Part shown: piece after piece, positions 6,783-18,400 of the stretch
Layout of the letters: each line of letters begins with the position of its first letter
How positions within the stretch are numbered: the first letter of the stretch is position 1
Assembly: GCA_043812655.1 (NCBI GenBank)
Contig: JBDRLW010000009.1
Coordinates: forward strand, 120 to 64,119
DNA: 64,000 nt
Source of the DNA: a bacterium
GTDB taxonomy: Bacteria > Margulisbacteria > WOR-1 > O2-12-FULL-45-9 > XYB2-FULL-48-7
Direction of reading: 5' to 3'
The notes under the pieces: model-generated
Seen by the model: only the letters and a program-made list of their open reading frames with translations
Database searches by the model: none
What the model was told of the DNA's origin: nothing
Made by a program: the position numbers and the translations under genes

Positions 6783-9474
6783 AGGTCGTCCCCTTCCCTA
6801 CCTCACTTTTAACTTTAATGTCGCCGCCGTGTTCGCGGATGATCCGGTAAACGATCGAAAGGCCAAGCCCTGTCCCCTCATGCCGGCCGGAAAAAAATGG
6901 GTCGAATATCTTTTCTCTCATTTCAACCGGGATCCCTTTGCCAGTATCGGAGATCGTTACCGCTGGTCGACCGTCTTCTTCAAAGGTCTTAAGGGTTAAG
7001 GTCCCGCCATTTGGCATCGCTTCAATGGCGTTCTGGATGATATTAATGATCGCTTGCTGAAGCTCAACTTTCACTCCCTTGACTTTAGGTATCGGCTTAA
7101 ACTCTTTGATGACTTTAAGCCGGCTTTTTGGAAAATAGGCCAAAGACTCTTCGATCATTTTTACCAGGTCAGCTTCTTCAATGATCTTTTTCTCTCTATT
7201 TTTAGAAAGATCGAGCATCCCCTGGATAATATTTTCGACCCGGTCGATATTTTCCAGCACCATCTTCTGAGTATCTATAAGGTAAGCCGAGTCTCTCTTC
7301 CGGTCAAATAATGTTTCTATTTTTGCCCGGACCACAGTCATAGGATTCCTGATCTCATGCGTCACGCCGGCGGTCAGCGTCCCGATCGAAGCCAGGCGCT
7401 GGGAGCGTTCGAGTTGCTTTTCGGCAGCCAAGAGATCTTCTTTGATCCGTTCATACGACTTGGTGTGGTCGATGGCGATAGCCGCTTGGCTGGCCAACGC
7501 GGAAAGAAGCCTAAGGTCTTCATCGGTATAAGCGTCCTCAGACAGCTTTGGCCCCAAAACAAAAACAGCGATCAGCCGCTCTTCCAACCGGCAGGGGACG
7601 ATCAAATCGTCTTTAATATGAGCGATCTTCTTATATTCAAGGTACGGCTTGATCTCGGCCTCGGAAAAAAGGAGCCGCGGATCAGCCACTTCCATGATCT
7701 CGCTAAAAGTTTTTTTCAGGGTCAGGTTGATATTTTCCATCGATAAAGTCTTGGTGATCTGTTCCCCCGCCTCGGCCAGCGCGTTATAGTAATCATATTT
7801 GCCGCGCAAGAATAATTTATCCGCTGAAGTTTGCAAGACGAAACGAACTTTCTGGAAAAGATAGCTCGCCATTATCCAATAGGCCATTGATGACAATACT
7901 ACGAAATAATAGCTTGCCTCATTAATGTTCTTCGTATATAAAGCGGCCAATAGAAAATAAACCAGGCCAAAAAAAGAAATGGTTAATATTTCCGCCACCG
8001 TTCGGCTAATGATCAAAGTAATATCCATAAGATGGTGCTTGACGATCGCGTATGAAGTTAAGCCGGTTAAAAATACTGTCGAATATGGCCCCAGCCAGAT
8101 CAAGTTATAAAACCCAAAGAACGGCAAGGCTAAATTAAAAACCGAAGCAAATAAACCAACGATAAACATACCCCAAAGCACATAACGGACCCGCGGCTTA
8201 TCCGCTTGAGCGGCGCTTTTATATTTATACGCTAGGTTAAAAAACGCCCCTCCCATGAACAACATTGAGAACAAAAAGAAATATGGATATGCCGCTCCCG
8301 GCTGTACGGTAATGCCGGCAGGGGAAAGATAAAAGTTCTTTATCAGCAAACCATCAAACAGGCTTAAGCCGCAAAAGACTAAGCTCGGTAAAAACAGGAT
8401 TATTCGCCCTGGCCTCCCGATCTTTGGCCAAGCCGTTGGGAAAACGACCGAGAAATAAAGTAATATCCCCGGGGTTAAGGAGCCAACGACATAAAAAACC
8501 TTCGACCAAGCGATCAATGAAGCCATTACCTTGGTTTCAAAGAACATGCCAATGCTAAAAGCCCAAACAGCGACTATTAATATCACCAAGCTAAAAGAAG
8601 TGTTGATCGGTTTTTTCTGTTCCTGGAAATAAACAAAAGCCGCTAAAGCCAGGTTAAAAAGCGCTATATAAAAAGTCGGCAAAAAGTGGACCCGCCCCAT
8701 CTGGACAATGACAGCTGTCCCAAGAATACCAACCGCTAACGAACAATATAGTACGCCTCTAGAAAAAAAATCATCAATATTCAACAACCGATGGGCGGCG
8801 ATCGCGTAGACAATAAAAGCCGCCATGATTAATGTCGTGAGCGGGCCAAACATTACATATTGGGAAAAGCCAAGAAGCGGCAGCACTAAGCTGGTAAAAA
8901 TTGCCGTTAAACCGGCTGCCCCGATCCCAAATAAGACATAGAACACTTTCAACTTCTCTTTCTTTTCCACTGAAAACATTTTGACGATCAGGCTTGTCAG
9001 TGACATGCCCAGATAAAACAAATAATAGACGATCGCCCCTTGATACATGCCGCCGTAAACGGCCTGGCCAAATAAACCCCCGCTTTTCTCGATGAAGTAA
9101 TAAGCTTTTATCATCTGGTCGGTACTAATTGAAACGAACGCGAAAAATATGCCTGGCAGTAAAATCAGCGTTTTCGCAAAAATAGTTAACGCTCTCTCCC
9201 TCTTGGGAAAAACAAAAGAAAAGTATAGGAAAAAAACGACAATTAAAGCCGAACTAAAACTGGATAACCTGCGCCAAAAAAGAGCCAACAAGAGATTGTC
9301 GGTTTGGCCGGTAAAAGCCGTGCTAAAGTTCCACAGGGCTACAGCCGATAAGAATAAACCCAAAATCCAATTAATTTCTGCTTTTCTATTCTTATTAAGG
9401 ATGGATAGCCCTAACCATAAGTTGACCCCGGCGGCAGTTAAACCAATTAAATTGTCAAACCGTAAGACAAACAT
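6766..9474 (-). CDS. multi-TM sensor histidine kinase
   Basis: 902 aa. It has a long polytopic N-terminus, a GAF-like segment, the HisKA H-box GVTHEIRNPMT and HATPase motifs NAIEAMPNGG, DTGKGIP and GTGLGLSIVYRII. Confidence 0.85.
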   Translation of the reverse strand: MFVLRFDNLIGLTAAGVNLWLGLSILNKNRKAEINWILGLFLSAVALWNFSTAFTGQTDNLLLALFWRRLSSFSSALIVVFFLYFSFVFPKRERALTIFAKTLILLPGIFFAFVSISTDQMIKAYYFIEKSGGLFGQAVYGGMYQGAIVYYLFYLGMSLTSLIVKMFSVEKKEKLKVFYVLFGIGAAGLTAIFTSLVLPLLGFSQYVMFGPLTTLIMAAFIVYAIAAHRLLNIDDFFSRGVLYCSLAVGILGTAVIVQMGRVHFLPTFYIALFNLALAAFVYFQEQKKPINTSFSLVILIVAVWAFSIGMFFETKVMASLIAWSKVFYVVGSLTPGILLYFSVVFPTAWPKIGRPGRIILFLPSLVFCGLSLFDGLLIKNFYLSPAGITVQPGAAYPYFFLFSMLFMGGAFFNLAYKYKSAAQADKPRVRYVLWGMFIVGLFASVFNLALPFFGFYNLIWLGPYSTVFLTGLTSYAIVKHHLMDITLIISRTVAEILTISFFGLVYFLLAALYTKNINEASYYFVVLSSMAYWIMASYLFQKVRFVLQTSADKLFLRGKYDYYNALAEAGEQITKTLSMENINLTLKKTFSEIMEVADPRLLFSEAEIKPYLEYKKIAHIKDDLIVPCRLEERLIAVFVLGPKLSEDAYTDEDLRLLSALASQAAIAIDHTKSYERIKEDLLAAEKQLERSQRLASIGTLTAGVTHEIRNPMTVVRAKIETLFDRKRDSAYLIDTQKMVLENIDRVENIIQGMLDLSKNREKKIIEEADLVKMIEESLAYFPKSRLKVIKEFKPIPKVKGVKVELQQAIINIIQNAIEAMPNGGTLTLKTFEEDGRPAVTISDTGKGIPVEMREKIFDPFFSGRHEGTGLGLSIVYRIIREHGGDIKVKSEVGKGTTFKLLF

Positions 9475-9496
9475 TGATACGATGTATTATAACAAA

Positions 9497-10825
9497 CTAT
9501 TCCGGTTTTCGCGCTGAAACGAGGAAAAATTGGTCGGCTAATGATTTAATTATCCCGCCTTTTTGTAAGCCCACAGCAGAAAGATCTGCTTCCAGGTCTG
9601 CCTCATTTGGAGAATAATAACGGCCAGAAGTAAAGCCTTCATTAAGCGCTTTGGCATACTCGAACGCCCCAGCCTGCTTTCTTTGCCTGACAAAGAAGCC
9701 AAGACTAATAAGGGCTGGTAAAACCAATATTTTTTGCCACCAAGGGATCGCCTTAATATAAGCTTTTATTGTTTCGTTGCGGGTTACGTCAAGGCTGCCT
9801 TCTTTATGTTTCAAGGAAAAGTATATTTTTCCACCCGGCTTGGTTACGCTTACCCATGTCCTTAATGCCGCCCTAAACTTTTCCCTGGTACAATAAAAAG
9901 CCATGCAAGCAGTAACAACATCTTGGGAATTATCAGGAAGAGTTGGAGGTTCAAACATATCTCCCGGCTCAACCGTAACTACTTGGTGATATCCCGCCTC
10001 TTTAATTTTTTTGGCGGCTTGCACTACGGCTGATGGGGCAAAATCCCTAACTATCGCCCTAAAACGATCTAAAATATTTTGCGGCAATGTTTTTTCTGCT
10101 CCTTCGCCTTCAGACAACTCGGCTAACAACAATGAAACTATTGGGGTTGCTCCAGCCGCGTCTTCAAAAACAGATATTTGGCCAATGGCCAATCGCTGCT
10201 TAATATCCACGATCATCATTTTAACAAAATCGTGGCGATGCGCGTCCGTGATCGCTCCGCCAATTTTTGCTTCTAATGTCCCCTCACTATGCGTCAGCTG
10301 CCATAAAGCTTGTTCTCTTGTAACATCATATCCAGACTCATCAAAAGTTGTTTCATTCCATCCTTCCACTTGGGACGGCTCCACAATCGGCACGCTTACG
10401 CCTGTTACTGGCGAGTGCGCCATTAAAGTATCAAGGAACCCCTTTGCCGCCTTTGTTAGCGCTTGGTCCTGACTTAAAAAATCGGTCGCTTCAAGGTTCA
10501 ATACCCCGCCAATAAAATGACGATCAAGCAATTCAAGCGGGATGTTTCTGATTTGGGATGGAGTAATCCCTTCTTCTGTTAAATTGCGTAGAGGAGGAAC
10601 AATTACTTCAATTAAAGACTGGTTGAGATTACTTTTTTTATTTTTAACAAACTCCGCTAATAAATGATTGATCGCCAAATAATGTTCTTTTTTATATTCT
10701 GACAATCGCCAAACAGTTAAATAATTTGGTTTTACCCCAATTCGCCTTAAATGTTTTCTGATCCCCGGCCATTTTCTTTGGATTGGAAGAAAATAAGGTT
10801 TTAAATATGCCCCAACTATGCTCAT
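9497..10825 (-). CDS. hypothetical protein (weak resemblance to a class I methyltransferase fold in the C-terminal half)
   Basis: 442-aa ORF with no recognised signature. VFEDAAGATP...KPGGKIYFSL only loosely recalls SAM-MTase motifs. Confidence 0.4.
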   Translation of the reverse strand: MSIVGAYLKPYFLPIQRKWPGIRKHLRRIGVKPNYLTVWRLSEYKKEHYLAINHLLAEFVKNKKSNLNQSLIEVIVPPLRNLTEEGITPSQIRNIPLELLDRHFIGGVLNLEATDFLSQDQALTKAAKGFLDTLMAHSPVTGVSVPIVEPSQVEGWNETTFDESGYDVTREQALWQLTHSEGTLEAKIGGAITDAHRHDFVKMMIVDIKQRLAIGQISVFEDAAGATPIVSLLLAELSEGEGAEKTLPQNILDRFRAIVRDFAPSAVVQAAKKIKEAGYHQVVTVEPGDMFEPPTLPDNSQDVVTACMAFYCTREKFRAALRTWVSVTKPGGKIYFSLKHKEGSLDVTRNETIKAYIKAIPWWQKILVLPALISLGFFVRQRKQAGAFEYAKALNEGFTSGRYYSPNEADLEADLSAVGLQKGGIIKSLADQFFLVSARKPE

Positions 10826-10876
10826 ACCCCATTCTCGTCCGCTTTTTCCAAAAATTTCAGTTAAAATTGGGGAATT

Positions 10877-11902
10877 TTACCAGATCCCGCTTAAGGAAAT
10901 GCGTTGGGTGTTTTGTCGACTTAAATTCGTCTGATTAACAAAGGCATAATCAACCTTAGCGTGACCGATTTTGAATCCGGCTCCGGCTGTGATTCCTGAA
11001 TCTGCGTATCCGGCCCTGAAGCTAAGAGGACCTTGATTGATTTCAAATCCAAGGGCTAGCTCCGGCGAGTAAGTCGAACGAAGGGTCTGGCTGATATCAA
11101 TGGCTAGTTTACTGTTAACATAGAGAAGATCGCTTATGGCAATACCAAGGCGTGCTTTGGGCGGAACTTTTTCCGCTGTCCCTGTCCCCCATTTTTGGCA
11201 GTTGAGGAGTTCGTCAATCTTGGCGCCGATCGTGAATCGTGAGTCGTGAATCGTGAATGGTTTAAACATAATTCCTGGACTTAAACTATAACCATAAGCG
11301 CTCCCGCCATTGATCTCGAACATATCAGAAGTTAGATATTTTGCCGTTAAACCGATGGCAACGTTGTCGTTCAATTTATGCCCATACGAAAGCAGATAGG
11401 CATTAGAGAAATAACTGAACGTATTAATATTCTGGACTTCGTTGTGCTGGTCAACTTCGCTTGAAGTTTGGGAGATAGTCCCCAAGCCAACTTGGATCCA
11501 GGAAATACCAAACGTTCCACCAAGGAACGGTTTAACAAAGCTGACATAGTAATAATCAGCGTCAGTTGAAAGTTTTGTCTGCATTGTGGTAATTTCACTG
11601 CTGGTTACGAACCCGAGCCCCCCCGCGTTCCAGTAGGGAGCATCCGCCGTGTCCGCGATCGCCGTAAATGCGCCTCCCATGCCGAGGGGACGAGCGCCGA
11701 CCCCGGCCTTGAGTACCGCAATGTCGGTTCCAGCCTGACCAGTTTGAGCGTAAGCAAGGCCTGTTAATGTCACAATTAAACAAATCCCAATTAAACAATT
11801 TTTGATCAGTTTGGGAGTTGTAACATTGTTTAATTGTCTCGGCACTGCCGAGATAATGCTTAACCAACTCAATTGTCGTGACAGTGGAACGACCGTTTTC
11901 AT
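10877..11902 (-). CDS. outer-membrane beta-barrel protein, PorV/PorQ-like (tentative)
   Basis: Signal peptide ...LTGLAYAQ. The GVGARPLGMGGAFTAIADTADAPYWNAGGLGF block resembles the signature I associate with the PorV/PorQ (and UPF0164) barrel families. The protein shows alternating beta-strand patterning and ends in ...LSGIW. Confidence 0.5.
   Translation of the reverse strand: MKTVVPLSRQLSWLSIISAVPRQLNNVTTPKLIKNCLIGICLIVTLTGLAYAQTGQAGTDIAVLKAGVGARPLGMGGAFTAIADTADAPYWNAGGLGFVTSSEITTMQTKLSTDADYYYVSFVKPFLGGTFGISWIQVGLGTISQTSSEVDQHNEVQNINTFSYFSNAYLLSYGHKLNDNVAIGLTAKYLTSDMFEINGGSAYGYSLSPGIMFKPFTIHDSRFTIGAKIDELLNCQKWGTGTAEKVPPKARLGIAISDLLYVNSKLAIDISQTLRSTYSPELALGFEINQGPLSFRAGYADSGITAGAGFKIGHAKVDYAFVNQTNLSRQNTQRISLSGIW
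11230..11257. repeat. heptamer array TCGTGAA x4 inside the OMP CDS
   Basis: tcgtgaatcgtgagtcgtgaatcgtgaa, translated in frame as FTIHDSRFTI. Confidence 0.85.
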
Positions 11903-11912
11903 TTTATATTCC

Positions 11913-12380
11913 TCATAGCCTTCTTCCCTCTCCCACTCTATTTTCGGTAACGGTTACAAAGCCCGTTTCGGTGTTGGGCAACGGTTTACGTGTTTTAAAA
12001 TTTGTCCAAGCATTTCCCAGTTTGTAAAGTTGTCTGCCTGATTTGTCGTAAATATCGATCAAGTCATCGCAAAGTTTAACCGCCGCGTAAACAGGATAAA
12101 TATCTCTTGCCTGGCTCAAACTGACTACCATTTCATTGCATTCCGCCATTGCATCATCAATATATTTTTGGAAACCAGCCCTCTGGTGGCGCTTAGCATA
12201 ACCTTCCGCGATTAATCTTGGGATCGCTTTACATGCTCGGCTCAATTGATCGGTTAAATCATCTCTTTCATTAGCCGGCAATTTAAGTACAATTTCTTTC
12301 ATAACAATTAACATTGCTTCATACGTATTACGATATACTTCCAAATCCCTAAAGCTTGTAATTCTCTTTTTTTCTTCCAT
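11913..12380 (-). CDS. four-helix-bundle protein (23S rRNA intervening-sequence protein / Avd family)
   Basis: FRDLEVYRNTYEAMLIVMKEI...LTDQLSRACKAIPRLIAEGYAKR...FQKYIDDAMAECNEMVVSL is typical of the family. The ATG at 12380 is preceded by AGGAGGAAG; the track ORF extends to 12437 through flanking repeat DNA. Confidence 0.8.
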   Translation of the reverse strand: MEEKKRITSFRDLEVYRNTYEAMLIVMKEIVLKLPANERDDLTDQLSRACKAIPRLIAEGYAKRHQRAGFQKYIDDAMAECNEMVVSLSQARDIYPVYAAVKLCDDLIDIYDKSGRQLYKLGNAWTNFKTRKPLPNTETGFVTVTENRVGEGRRL

Positions 12381-12493
12381 TAACTTCCTCCTAATCAATC
12401 GGTAACGGTTACGATGCCAGTTTCGTCTTTCGGTCACGGTTACGTTACCCTAACCCTAACCGATACTGGTATCGTCACCCTAACCGTTGATCC

Positions 12494-15400
12494 CTATTTC
12501 AACACCGCAACCTTCCCTCTTCCCCCAACACTCCGATCCCCTATTCTCGCTGTCACTTCAAAGGGATAGATCCCGTTCATCACCATGTCCCCTCGCCCAT
12601 TCTTCCCATCCCACTCAACATCATTATATTTATTCCAGATCGATGAGCCTTCACCGTTAGTTGTGCCGTCAATTTCATTCACTAGCGAGCCGGTAATATC
12701 GTAAATGCGGATCCTGACATCGCTAGCGTCGGTCGAGAGCCGATATCTTATTTTCGTCTTCTCTTTATTGGGGTTAAACGGATTGGGGTAATTGGTAACA
12801 TCCGACAAAGTTAGATCTGGTTTAACGGTAAACGACCACGTTTCTGACGTCGCCGCTTCGTTAGTCGAGAGGGCTGTAACTTTCCAGTAGTAAGTGTCCC
12901 TATCAAGTCCAGGATCAAATTCGTGGATGGAGTAGTTGTAGTAATAGAGAGTTGAATCAGCTTTGTCTTGTGAGCCGCTGTTCGGCGATTTAGTAAAGCT
13001 TTGGTTAGCGATCGAGAAAGTATCATTCTTGGCAACATCTATCCTATATTCAGTGGCGTTTCCTTTCTTATGCTTCCATTCAAAGGTGGGACGGACAGAC
13101 TGAACATTATCGGTTTTGTCTGTTGGGGCAACAAGGGTTGGAGCTTCAAAGGTAATAGAATGAGTGATCGGGCTTCTTGTAACTGCGTATGCCGTAGTAA
13201 AATCATAGACACCATCAACATCACCACCGGAAGGCCGCCAACAACCACTACCATCTAACCAATGAAAGGCAAGTCTTTCTCCCGTCATTGGTTTAAATAT
13301 CCCCATCCACTCCCCAGCACCACCTGACATTAATGCAATTTCAGCCTTTCCATCTCCCGTAAAATCACCAGCCGTGATACAAAAGAATTCATTTGACGGG
13401 TCTTGAAAACTAAAACTATTTATTAATGTCCCTGAGTTATTGTATGTATACACATAATTAACCCAACCAACGTATATGGTTGCAATAGGCCCATCCAGGG
13501 CGATTTCATCTATACCGTCTCCGTTAAAATCCCCACAAGTTATTGTTTTAACATTTCTTGGGGTGTTCCAATTCCTATAAGAATTGTTTCCCGCGCTGCC
13601 ATCGGCAATCGAACTGGGTTTAAACAGATAAACAGCCAAGCTGTTTTGGATGGTCATAGCTAACTCATCCATGCCATCCCCATCAAGGTCGCCGGCTGCT
13701 ATTTCATTACCATATCCCTTAAAACTTTTGACTAGAGTCCCTGATGGAAGGCTATAAATATAAACCCAGGAATTCGCGGGATTAACCACGGCCAACTCCT
13801 CAACACCATCGCCGTTAAAATCACCGCCGGTTAAACGAGCGTCTTCAGGCACATCAAAAGAATAAAGCGGGCTGGCAGTCCGATTTCTTGGGTCATAGAT
13901 CACGACATCATCGTTGGCTTGATTCCTTAAAGCCACAAACATCGGCTTCTCATTCCCCTGATAATCGACTAGAGTGGTAAATAACATCCAGTCAACACTT
14001 GTATTCCAGTAACTGGCAGAATTAAACGATTTCCCGTCTTTAGCTACCTTAATAACCCTGACATACTCGTTCGCTCCAGAATTATCATCGATCATTATCG
14101 CTTCATCCCGACTTTTCACCCTTACTTTCTTGGTCGCGGTCAAAGTTGCGACATTTAACAACGCGTCATTCACAGTGGCCAAAGCCGAATATCTCCCAAC
14201 AGGAACAAACGATCCAGAATTGTTTTTTAGGTCCCAATTAACTTCAGCGCCAACATTTGGGAAACTCCTGACCACATTTCCACCGGCATCCCTAATCTCT
14301 AAATCTATCCTGGTCGCACCTGAAACATTGCAATTAATCGTAGTAGAATTATTAATCCCGTCTGGGAAAGCAATATTACGGCTAAAAGCTATGTCGTTAA
14401 TAGTCGGCGGCGTATTATCAACCGTAAAAGAATATGTCGAGCTGGTGCTTGAATTGCCAACCGCATCAACGGCCACAATGTAATAATTATGGCTCCCCTC
14501 ACTTATATTCGCCCCCGGACTCCATGTCCACGAAAGATTAATTGATGGCGAAGAGGTATATTTTAAACCTCCATCAACATAGACTGAAAAGGTTGAAGAT
14601 TCATTGGCGCTGGCAGAAAATGTTATTGAATCATAATTCCCATCCGCATTTCCAGGGCTAATAGCATTTGGGGAAACAGAAACACTAGAAATCACAGGAG
14701 AATCAAGGTCTATTAAAACCGAACCCGAAGACCCCCAATTACCAATATTGCCAGCCACGTCTTTAGCTTTAATGGAGGCATAATAAGTTCCGCTGCTTAA
14801 ATCTCTGTTGGTTGTCCAGGCGTTGACGTTGCCAACCCATGTTTCACTAACAATATTCCCTCCACCACTGGTCGTTCCAATTTGTATATAGTACCCATCT
14901 ATTCCTGAAAGAGAATCAGAACTCGGCGCCCAGCTCCAGGTCGGGCGCCTATTTGTTGTTGGGGTGGTTGTTGATGGGGTATAAACTGAAGGTCTAATTG
15001 GATCCCGACAATAAGTTTTAGAATATGTCGTTTGGTTGCCGGCATTATCCCAAACCCTGACAAACAATGTCCGGGGTCCCGTGCTCGCATGCGTAGTTGA
15101 CGCCGATGTCGCGGTATTACAACCAGCGGGATCATTCGTCGGCCAATTATCCCAACTCCATTTAAACCCTCGATAATCAGAGCCACCTGTGTCAGATAAG
15201 CTTATGGTTATCTGGTTATCCGAAATATACCAGGCATCCGCCGCTTGGCCGCTAAAAGTCGCCGTTGGCGGAGTGTAATCACGTTTATAGATCTTTGAAG
15301 TTTGGGTCAGGTTGCCCGCACTGTCCCAGGCATTAACATATAATGTACGCGGCCCTTGGCTAGAGTGAGTCGTCGTGCCGGTAGCAGAAGTATTGCAACC

Positions 15401-18400
15401 AGCTGGATCAGTCGAGGGCGGATCATCCCAAGACCATTTAAAGCCTTGATAGCTATAATTATCAGATAAACTGACTGTTATATTATTGTCCGCGCTGTAC
15501 CAAACTTCCTCGGCTTGGCCGCCAAGGACGACCAAGGGCCCGGTCATATCAACTACAACCTCTTTCGTTTGAATATCCGCGATGTTGCCTGCCTGATCAG
15601 TTGAGGAAAGTTTAAAAGTATAAGGCCCATCAACCACGGAATCTCCAGTCCCGTCCCAGACTTGCAAATACGTACCATTATTTTCCCAGCCGCCAAAAAG
15701 TGTTTTAGTTAGATTCGCTCCCTTATAAACCGCAACCGTAACCTCGCAGCTATTCCCGTTATCAGCCACTTCGTAAGTCAGAGTCGTTGTTTTAATGCTT
15801 GAGTTAGTATTTCCCGGCGAGAAATAATACGGGGCGGCAGAAAGATTAGAGATCACCGGCTTTTCGTTATCCACCACCACCGTCCGCTTTAATATATTGT
15901 TAACGGCTGAATTGCCGGCAAAGTCTTTAACATCAACTACCATGTAATACGTGCCATCAGTGACAAACTGGCCAGCATCATTTTTACCATCCCAGAATTC
16001 CCAGGTTAAAGTCCCCGACTGCGCGTCAGCATTAGCTACTACAGTACGGATCAAATTAGCCATGGCGCTATCGCTGTAAACCTTTATTGAATATTTACCA
16101 ACCTTTTTAGTGTCGCCGGCAACCGCTTGCGCTTCGATCTTCTCTGCTGGCTTAGTAATGGTCGGATTGCTAGCTAGATCGATCATAAAATAATACTTGG
16201 CCTGTTTTTGGGCTGGGTCTAAACTATTACCATTAGGAGAAATATAATGAGGATCTGGATTATTCCCTCCGGGATTAACATGAGCGGCATCATATTCAAA
16301 CTGCTCCGGTTCTCGCAAGGTCAGGATATTATCTTGGATCCAAACCGTCCCTCCCCACTTCTTGAGCGTTAAGTTATTAGCCCGGTCTCGCCCTTCAACA
16401 ATAAAGGCATATTTCCCTGGCATTGCATAGCTGTCATTATTATCGTCATATGTTGCCAAGTTATTATCGATCTTGCCATCCCAAGCCACTGTTTGGTTCC
16501 CCTCTTGCCAAACATCGTTAATTAAGACTTTAATTAAATTATCATTGTTAAAATCTGTTTTAGTGTAGGTTGCCTGGTTATCAGGCACTTTGTAGACTTT
16601 AACTGTAACCTTTGACTTTTCCGCTAAATTATAATAAAAGGTCGTTGATCTTGGTTTGTCTGTCCCATCAGGGTTGGCGTTGGTTGAGAAGCTTTGTGGA
16701 TTGGAAATATATGCACCTACGATTTGAGGCTCGGCGATCGCTATTGTCGGATTAACCAGATCAATAACGAAACTTTCGCTTGAGGTTGAAGTTTCAACTG
16801 TCCCTTCATTCAGCGCGAAGTCGAAACCGGAAATCGTAATATTCGCGTTGCCGTTGGCGTCGGTATTTTTTATGACATATTTATACTCATAAGCTTCCGT
16901 CGTTTGTCCCGTAAACCGGCGACTGAACATCGCGGTTTCCTCATTTACCTTAACGCTAGGATTAAACTTAAGCTGTTCTGAAGAATCAAAGGTAATTAAT
17001 ACTTCCGCCCCCTCTTTGGCAAATTTCGTAAATTCAGGGTTGTCGCCTATTTCGGATTTGATATTATTGAAAACTGGTTTCACTGTATCCACCTCAAAGG
17101 AGGTAGTAAATAAAGCCGGATTTAGTGCCAGGTCAGCCACCTCAATTGAAACCTGCGCCAGTCCATCGTAGCCAGGCACAACATCGTACTTAGCTTCACA
17201 TAGACCAGAGACTGAAGACCACAGACCAGTGACAGGGATCAATTGAGGTGAGGCACCGTTTTGAGTAACGTAGACCTTGGGTGCTTCCTTCAGCGGCTCA
17301 CTGACATTAAATTTAATGCTGGCTTGGCCATTTACCGCTGGGACTGCCGCTGGGTTGGGAGCAACCGATAGATTGCTGACGACGGGATTAGTTTTGTCGA
17401 TCGTTACTATCTTTGTCTTCAAAACCGGATTAAAGGCCAGATCCCTCGCTTTAACCGAAACAGCCGCTGGCCCTTCGGCATCTTCAGTTAAAACAATATA
17501 ACTATACTCATAATTATTCCCTTCAGCCGTGATCAGCCCGGCTGTCTTTAATGTACCATCGCTCATCGTGACTTCAACCGTCGGTGTTTCCGCAAGTGGT
17601 TCAGGGAAATTCAATTTTACTCTCATTTCAGCGTCAAGTTTCGCGTAAGCCGTGTTGATCGAAAAATCGGTCGGTTCCGGCTGGCTGTAATCAACCTCGA
17701 GCGGAATGATCTTTGGAATAGCTGTTGTCCCCAGCGCGTCTTGGGCGGAGATTTTGACGTAATAGGAGCCAGGATTAAGTGGCCCGCCTGCCGGCGAGGC
17801 AGGTAAGTCGTAAGAATTAAGTCCGTTATATTCATAAACATAATTTCCGGCAGAATTATTAAAAATCTTGCTCCAAACCGCTTCGGCGCTTGAATTTATC
17901 ACTTCGATCTTAACCAAGGCTTCGCCCGTTATATAAAAAGTCGGATAGTTAATAGAATAATTAAAAATCACTTTATCTTTCGCCCCATCGCCATTGGGTG
18001 AAAAGATCGGAATATCGGTTGAAATGTCGACCGTCGGACGGGTGGAGATAGCGTGAATCGTGAGTCGTGATTCGTGAATCGTTTCCAGCATATCTTGGAT
18101 GGAGATCACGCATTCATATCGTCCATCGTCTATCGTCTTTCGTCCATCATCTTTCCCATCCCAATAGAAAGAATATGAACCAGCGGTTTGTTGTTCGTTG
18201 TCCACCAAGCGTTTCACTGTCGCTCCAGCCGCGTTAAGAATGGTCAAAGAAACTTTATACGGCCCTACTCCGCCCGCGAGGTTGTAGCTTATCCGCGTCT
18301 GGTCGCTCAAGCTGTCGGCGTTTGGCGTGAACGGATTGGGCGCCGCATTACTGCTGACCTGGAATTGGTTGGGGACTACTGAGAAAGTTTCGGTTGTTAC

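Noticed and set aside
11913-12437. An rRNA intervening sequence context for the 4HB genes
   Set aside because: No rRNA sequence is present anywhere in the window. The cassettes lie between protein-coding genes.
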